Positions 60,609 through 64,000 of a DNA stretch of 64,000 bases are shown in pieces. Under the pieces are notes generated by a model, which was given only the letters and a program-made list of their open reading frames with translations, was not told the origin of the DNA and did not search any database. Source of the DNA: Escherichia phage JN01. The number at the start of each line of letters is the position of its first letter. Position 1 is the stretch's first letter. A program made the translations under genes and the position numbers. Where the stretch lies: the sequence record MN882542, one strand, 5' to 3'.

Positions 60609-61784
60609 ATGGCAGTAGGTGAAATTCAAATTAGTGCCTTGCCACAAGCGGCCTTACCAATTGATTTGAGTGATATCTTCCATCTTAAGCAAGGTGTTGA
60701 GGATAAAAGATGTACGCTTGAACAGTTGTTAGCACCTCACACATCTTTGAGGAATAACCCTCATGGTGTAACTAAATCGCAAGTTGGTCTTGATAATGTT
60801 ATTAACTCACTCCAATTGGTCGCAGCTAATAACTTGTCAGACATTGTAGATGTTGCTGAGGCAAGAGCAAATCTACAGATTATGTCGTCAGATGAAGTGA
60901 GCAGTTTAATTCAGAGACATATCGACGACAAAAGTAACCCACACAACACAACGAAAGCACAGGTTGGTTTAAGTAATGTTCAGAACTGGACAACATCCAA
61001 CCTGTACAATGAAGATGCTGATAAATATGCTACCGCGAGAGCAGTGAATAATCTATACAAAGCTATCCAAGCATCATATCCAGTGGGGACTATTCATCTG
61101 TCTGTTAACTCTGCTAACCCATCCACTTACTTGCTTTGTGGAGGTACTTGGGAGTTGGTTTCTAAAGGTAGGGCGCTTGTTGGTTATGATACAGAAGCTA
61201 GACCTGTTGGTTCAACGTTCGGTTCTCAGACTGTAGCATTAACAAATAATAATTTACCAGCACACACCCACTCTATCTATTTAACAGGTGGTGGTCACAC
61301 ACACTCTGCAAGCGTATCTATCTCTAGTTTTGATTATGGTTCAAAAAGTACATCAACTTTTGATTACGGTACAAAAACGACTAATAGTGCTGGTGCTCAC
61401 ACTCACACGTTTAGCGGCACGACAAGTAATGATGGTAACCATAACCATAGAGTACCACTGAGAGGTAATGATAGAAGTGGGGGGGATGCTATTACTGCAT
61501 CTGCTTATGCTGGGGTTAATAATAATACGTATACTGATTTAGCAGGTGCTCACACCCATAGCTTCTCAGGCACAACTGCATCATCTGGTGCTCATAACCA
61601 TACTGTTGCAATTGGTGCTCATAGCCACACTGTTAATATTGGTTCACACAGTCATACGGGTACTGTTACTGTCTCTAGCTCTGAACATACACACTCAGGA
61701 ACATCTGGTTCTGTTGGTGGTGGTCAAGCTTTCAGTGTTGAACAGCCATCTTTTGTACTATATGTATGGCAGAGAACAGCTTAA
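60609..61784 (+). CDS. tail fiber protein with His-rich HxH repeats
   Basis: C-terminal half has repeated AHTHTFSGTTS, GAHTHSFSGTTASSGAHNHTVAIGAHSHTVNIGSHSHTGT motifs. Confidence 0.65.
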   Translation: MAVGEIQISALPQAALPIDLSDIFHLKQGVEDKRCTLEQLLAPHTSLRNNPHGVTKSQVGLDNVINSLQLVAANNLSDIVDVAEARANLQIMSSDEVSSLIQRHIDDKSNPHNTTKAQVGLSNVQNWTTSNLYNEDADKYATARAVNNLYKAIQASYPVGTIHLSVNSANPSTYLLCGGTWELVSKGRALVGYDTEARPVGSTFGSQTVALTNNNLPAHTHSIYLTGGGHTHSASVSISSFDYGSKSTSTFDYGTKTTNSAGAHTHTFSGTTSNDGNHNHRVPLRGNDRSGGDAITASAYAGVNNNTYTDLAGAHTHSFSGTTASSGAHNHTVAIGAHSHTVNIGSHSHTGTVTVSSSEHTHSGTSGSVGGGQAFSVEQPSFVLYVWQRTA

Positions 61785-61830
61785 TTTCTTTACAGGGGCT
61801 TTATAGCCCCTTTTAAGAGGAAAATTTATA

Positions 61831-64000
61831 ATGGCAGATTACAAATTGAGTCAATTAAACTCAATAGACACAATTCGTTCAGAAGACCTATTGCACATCA
61901 GAGTTAAGAAAAGACCTGAAATGTTGGGTGACGAAGACCGTAGAATGACCTATCAAGACTTCTTAGCTTCCTTCAAACTAGAAAGGTTTGTTCAGATTGC
62001 TGGGAGCACTATGATTGGGGATTTAGGTATTGTCAAGTTACTTTACGGTGGCAAGGCTGTATTTGACCCAACAGGCTCTTCTGAGATTACTATTGGGGAT
62101 GTTTTAAAGACTTTTAAACTTAACGCAAATGGTCTTAAACTCACTATTGCAGATGCTTCAAGGTCAGCAACTGTTTATCATACTTTGAATAAACCAAGCC
62201 CTAATGAACTTGGTATGAGAACTAATGAAGAGAATGATGCAAGATATGCAAGGCTTGCTGTTACAAACACATTCTCTGGAACTCAGAATATTCAAGGTGA
62301 TGCTAACTTACTTCGCCTTAGAAACCAAAATGCAAATAATGCACAATACATTGAAGGTGTAAACCTAGATGGTTCAGCTAGATGGTGGGTTGGTATTGGT
62401 AGTAATGGCTCTGACGAAGTAAAACTGTACAATAACAAATACAACTCAGTTTTGACTGTTGCAAGTAATATCTCTGTTAATAAGTCTTTAGCAATCACTG
62501 GACAAGTTCAACCTTCAGATTTCTCTAACTTAGATGCCAGATACTTTACTCAGACAGTTGCTAATCAGAGATTTGCACAGTTAGCTGCTAATAATAATTT
62601 TACTGGAACAAACACGTTTAGTAGAAACCTACTTATTATCAGTGATAGTGCTGCTTTAAGGTTGAAAAATGCAACATCTAGTTCCCTATTTATTCAGGGA
62701 GTTGACTCTCAGAATGCCAACAGATGGTATGTAGGGAATGGTGATAACACCGCCTCTGTGTTACTACACAACTATGTACATGGTTCAAATATTAGACTTG
62801 ATAATGGGTATATCTCAGTAAACCAAAATTTCAGAATCACTGGTCAAGTCCAACCTTCAGATTGGGCTAATATTGACTCTAGATATATTCCGGCAGCAAC
62901 TTTGAATACAATTGCAAGAACCAATGCAATGAATACTTTTAATGGTGTGCAGACAGTTGTTAGTGATAACGAAGGTCTAGTTATTAGAAACTCTACTCAG
63001 AGCAAGCCATTATATATTCGTGGTGTGGACACTGCTAATGTATCAAGATGGTGGATTGGTATTGGTGGTGCAGATAGTAATAACGTGACACTAAGTAACA
63101 GCTTTTCTGGGACTCAGATTTCTCTTGAGTCAACGTTAGTAAGTGTAAATAAGAATCTGTATATCAATGGTCAGGTTCAACCACAAGACTGGACTAATAT
63201 TGATGGGAGATACTATAACAAATCATCTGCTGATAGCAGATACCTGAGAATCAGAAGCACTGGATTTAACAATGTTAATGGGAATAAATGGGCTAAGATT
63301 GCTACTGTCACCATGCCACAAGGAACATCAACAGCAGTAATTGAACTATTTGGTGGTGCTGGTTTCAACTATGGTATATATAACCAAGCCTGTAAAACAG
63401 AAATTGTTCTTAGTACAGGGAATGGTAAACCAAAAGGCTTAAATGTTGTTGCATGGAAAAACGCACCGAATGATGTTGTAGGCCAAGTTGGTTATGTTAA
63501 TACCTCTGGTGATAATTATGACATTTATTGCTATGTTGGTGGTTATCAAAATGCTACGACAGCTAGGGTTCAGTCCTCAGATAATGCAACAGTACAACTG
63601 TTTGCATCCCCAGAGACATACGATAATGCTCCAGATGACTATGTTGCTGGGACAATTGCTTATTATTATACTAGTCTCTTGAAACCAACACCTACAGATA
63701 TTGGTGCATACACTAAAGCTGAAACTGACCAGAAAATTGCAGAAGCAATTAGTGACTCTACAGACCTGAATAAAATCTACCCAGTAGGTATTGTAACGTG
63801 GTTTAACAGTAATGTTAACCCTAATACAGCACTTCCTGGTCTAACTTGGACGTACCTGAATAATGGTGTTGGTAGAACTATTAGAATTGCAGCAGCAAAC
63901 GGTTCAGATGTTGCTACAACTGGTGGTTCAGATTCTGTAACGCTATCTGTTGGTAACTTACCTTCACACACACATAGTTTCTCTGCTACCACTTCATCAT
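61831..64000 (+). CDS. large tail fiber protein (3' end beyond window)
   Basis: Frame open from ATG 61831 to window end; three about 105 aa internal repeats (ITGQVQPSDxxNxDxRY); ends with LPSHTHSFSATTSS. Confidence 0.6.
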   Translation, partial: MADYKLSQLNSIDTIRSEDLLHIRVKKRPEMLGDEDRRMTYQDFLASFKLERFVQIAGSTMIGDLGIVKLLYGGKAVFDPTGSSEITIGDVLKTFKLNANGLKLTIADASRSATVYHTLNKPSPNELGMRTNEENDARYARLAVTNTFSGTQNIQGDANLLRLRNQNANNAQYIEGVNLDGSARWWVGIGSNGSDEVKLYNNKYNSVLTVASNISVNKSLAITGQVQPSDFSNLDARYFTQTVANQRFAQLAANNNFTGTNTFSRNLLIISDSAALRLKNATSSSLFIQGVDSQNANRWYVGNGDNTASVLLHNYVHGSNIRLDNGYISVNQNFRITGQVQPSDWANIDSRYIPAATLNTIARTNAMNTFNGVQTVVSDNEGLVIRNSTQSKPLYIRGVDTANVSRWWIGIGGADSNNVTLSNSFSGTQISLESTLVSVNKNLYINGQVQPQDWTNIDGRYYNKSSADSRYLRIRSTGFNNVNGNKWAKIATVTMPQGTSTAVIELFGGAGFNYGIYNQACKTEIVLSTGNGKPKGLNVVAWKNAPNDVVGQVGYVNTSGDNYDIYCYVGGYQNATTARVQSSDNATVQLFASPETYDNAPDDYVAGTIAYYYTSLLKPTPTDIGAYTKAETDQKIAEAISDSTDLNKIYPVGIVTWFNSNVNPNTALPGLTWTYLNNGVGRTIRIAAANGSDVATTGGSDSVTLSVGNLPSHTHSFSATTSS
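62270..63230 (+). repeat. intragenic tandem repeats (about 320 bp, 3 copies) in the large tail fiber gene
   Basis: Protein-level repeats around NGQVQP(S/Q)D(F/W)xNxDxRY recur about every 105 aa. Confidence 0.5.

Noticed and set aside
61546-61806. 86 aa plus-strand ORF overlapping the 3' end of the His-rich tail fiber gene
   Set aside because: Alternative frame of the fiber gene with Leu/His/Val-rich low-complexity translation; no start context

Overview
This window reads as part of a tailed dsDNA phage genome (about 38% GC by eye) with dense, mostly co-directional genes. All calls are from reading the sequence and ORF track; no searches were run. Left to right: the 3' end of nrdD and nrdG; small early ORFs including a tandem A-B-A-B paralog array; a Prs-like plus NAMPT-like pair (NAD-related); rIIA/rIIB-like genes; a candidate overlapped spanin pair; a macro-domain protein; a hyperplastic early region (17.6-23.9 kb) of 15 small ORFs, 12 of them preceded by repeated promoter/stem-loop/RBS cassettes; a 1.6 kb ORF-free island saturated with TGTTA(A/G)-type motifs between convergent terminators; a minus-strand block with a GH24 endolysin and Ig-like domain proteins; a vWA-domain (possibly Ro60/Rsr-like) gene followed by a cluster of about 27 tRNA genes interspersed with stem-closed structured elements (one carrying a tRNA-like module, resembling bacterial Y RNA/YrlA) and an HNH endonuclease; then a structural module (large terminase, portal, S49 protease/scaffold, decoration and major capsid proteins, sheath, tube, tape measure, Mu-like baseplate, His-rich tail fibers). 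The most unusual signals are the candidate Ro60-like/Y-RNA-like module inside the tRNA cluster and the TGTTA repeat island. Several ORF-track starts are TTG/GTG; I moved those to the nearest ATG with an RBS. tRNA boundaries are hand-folded and approximate.
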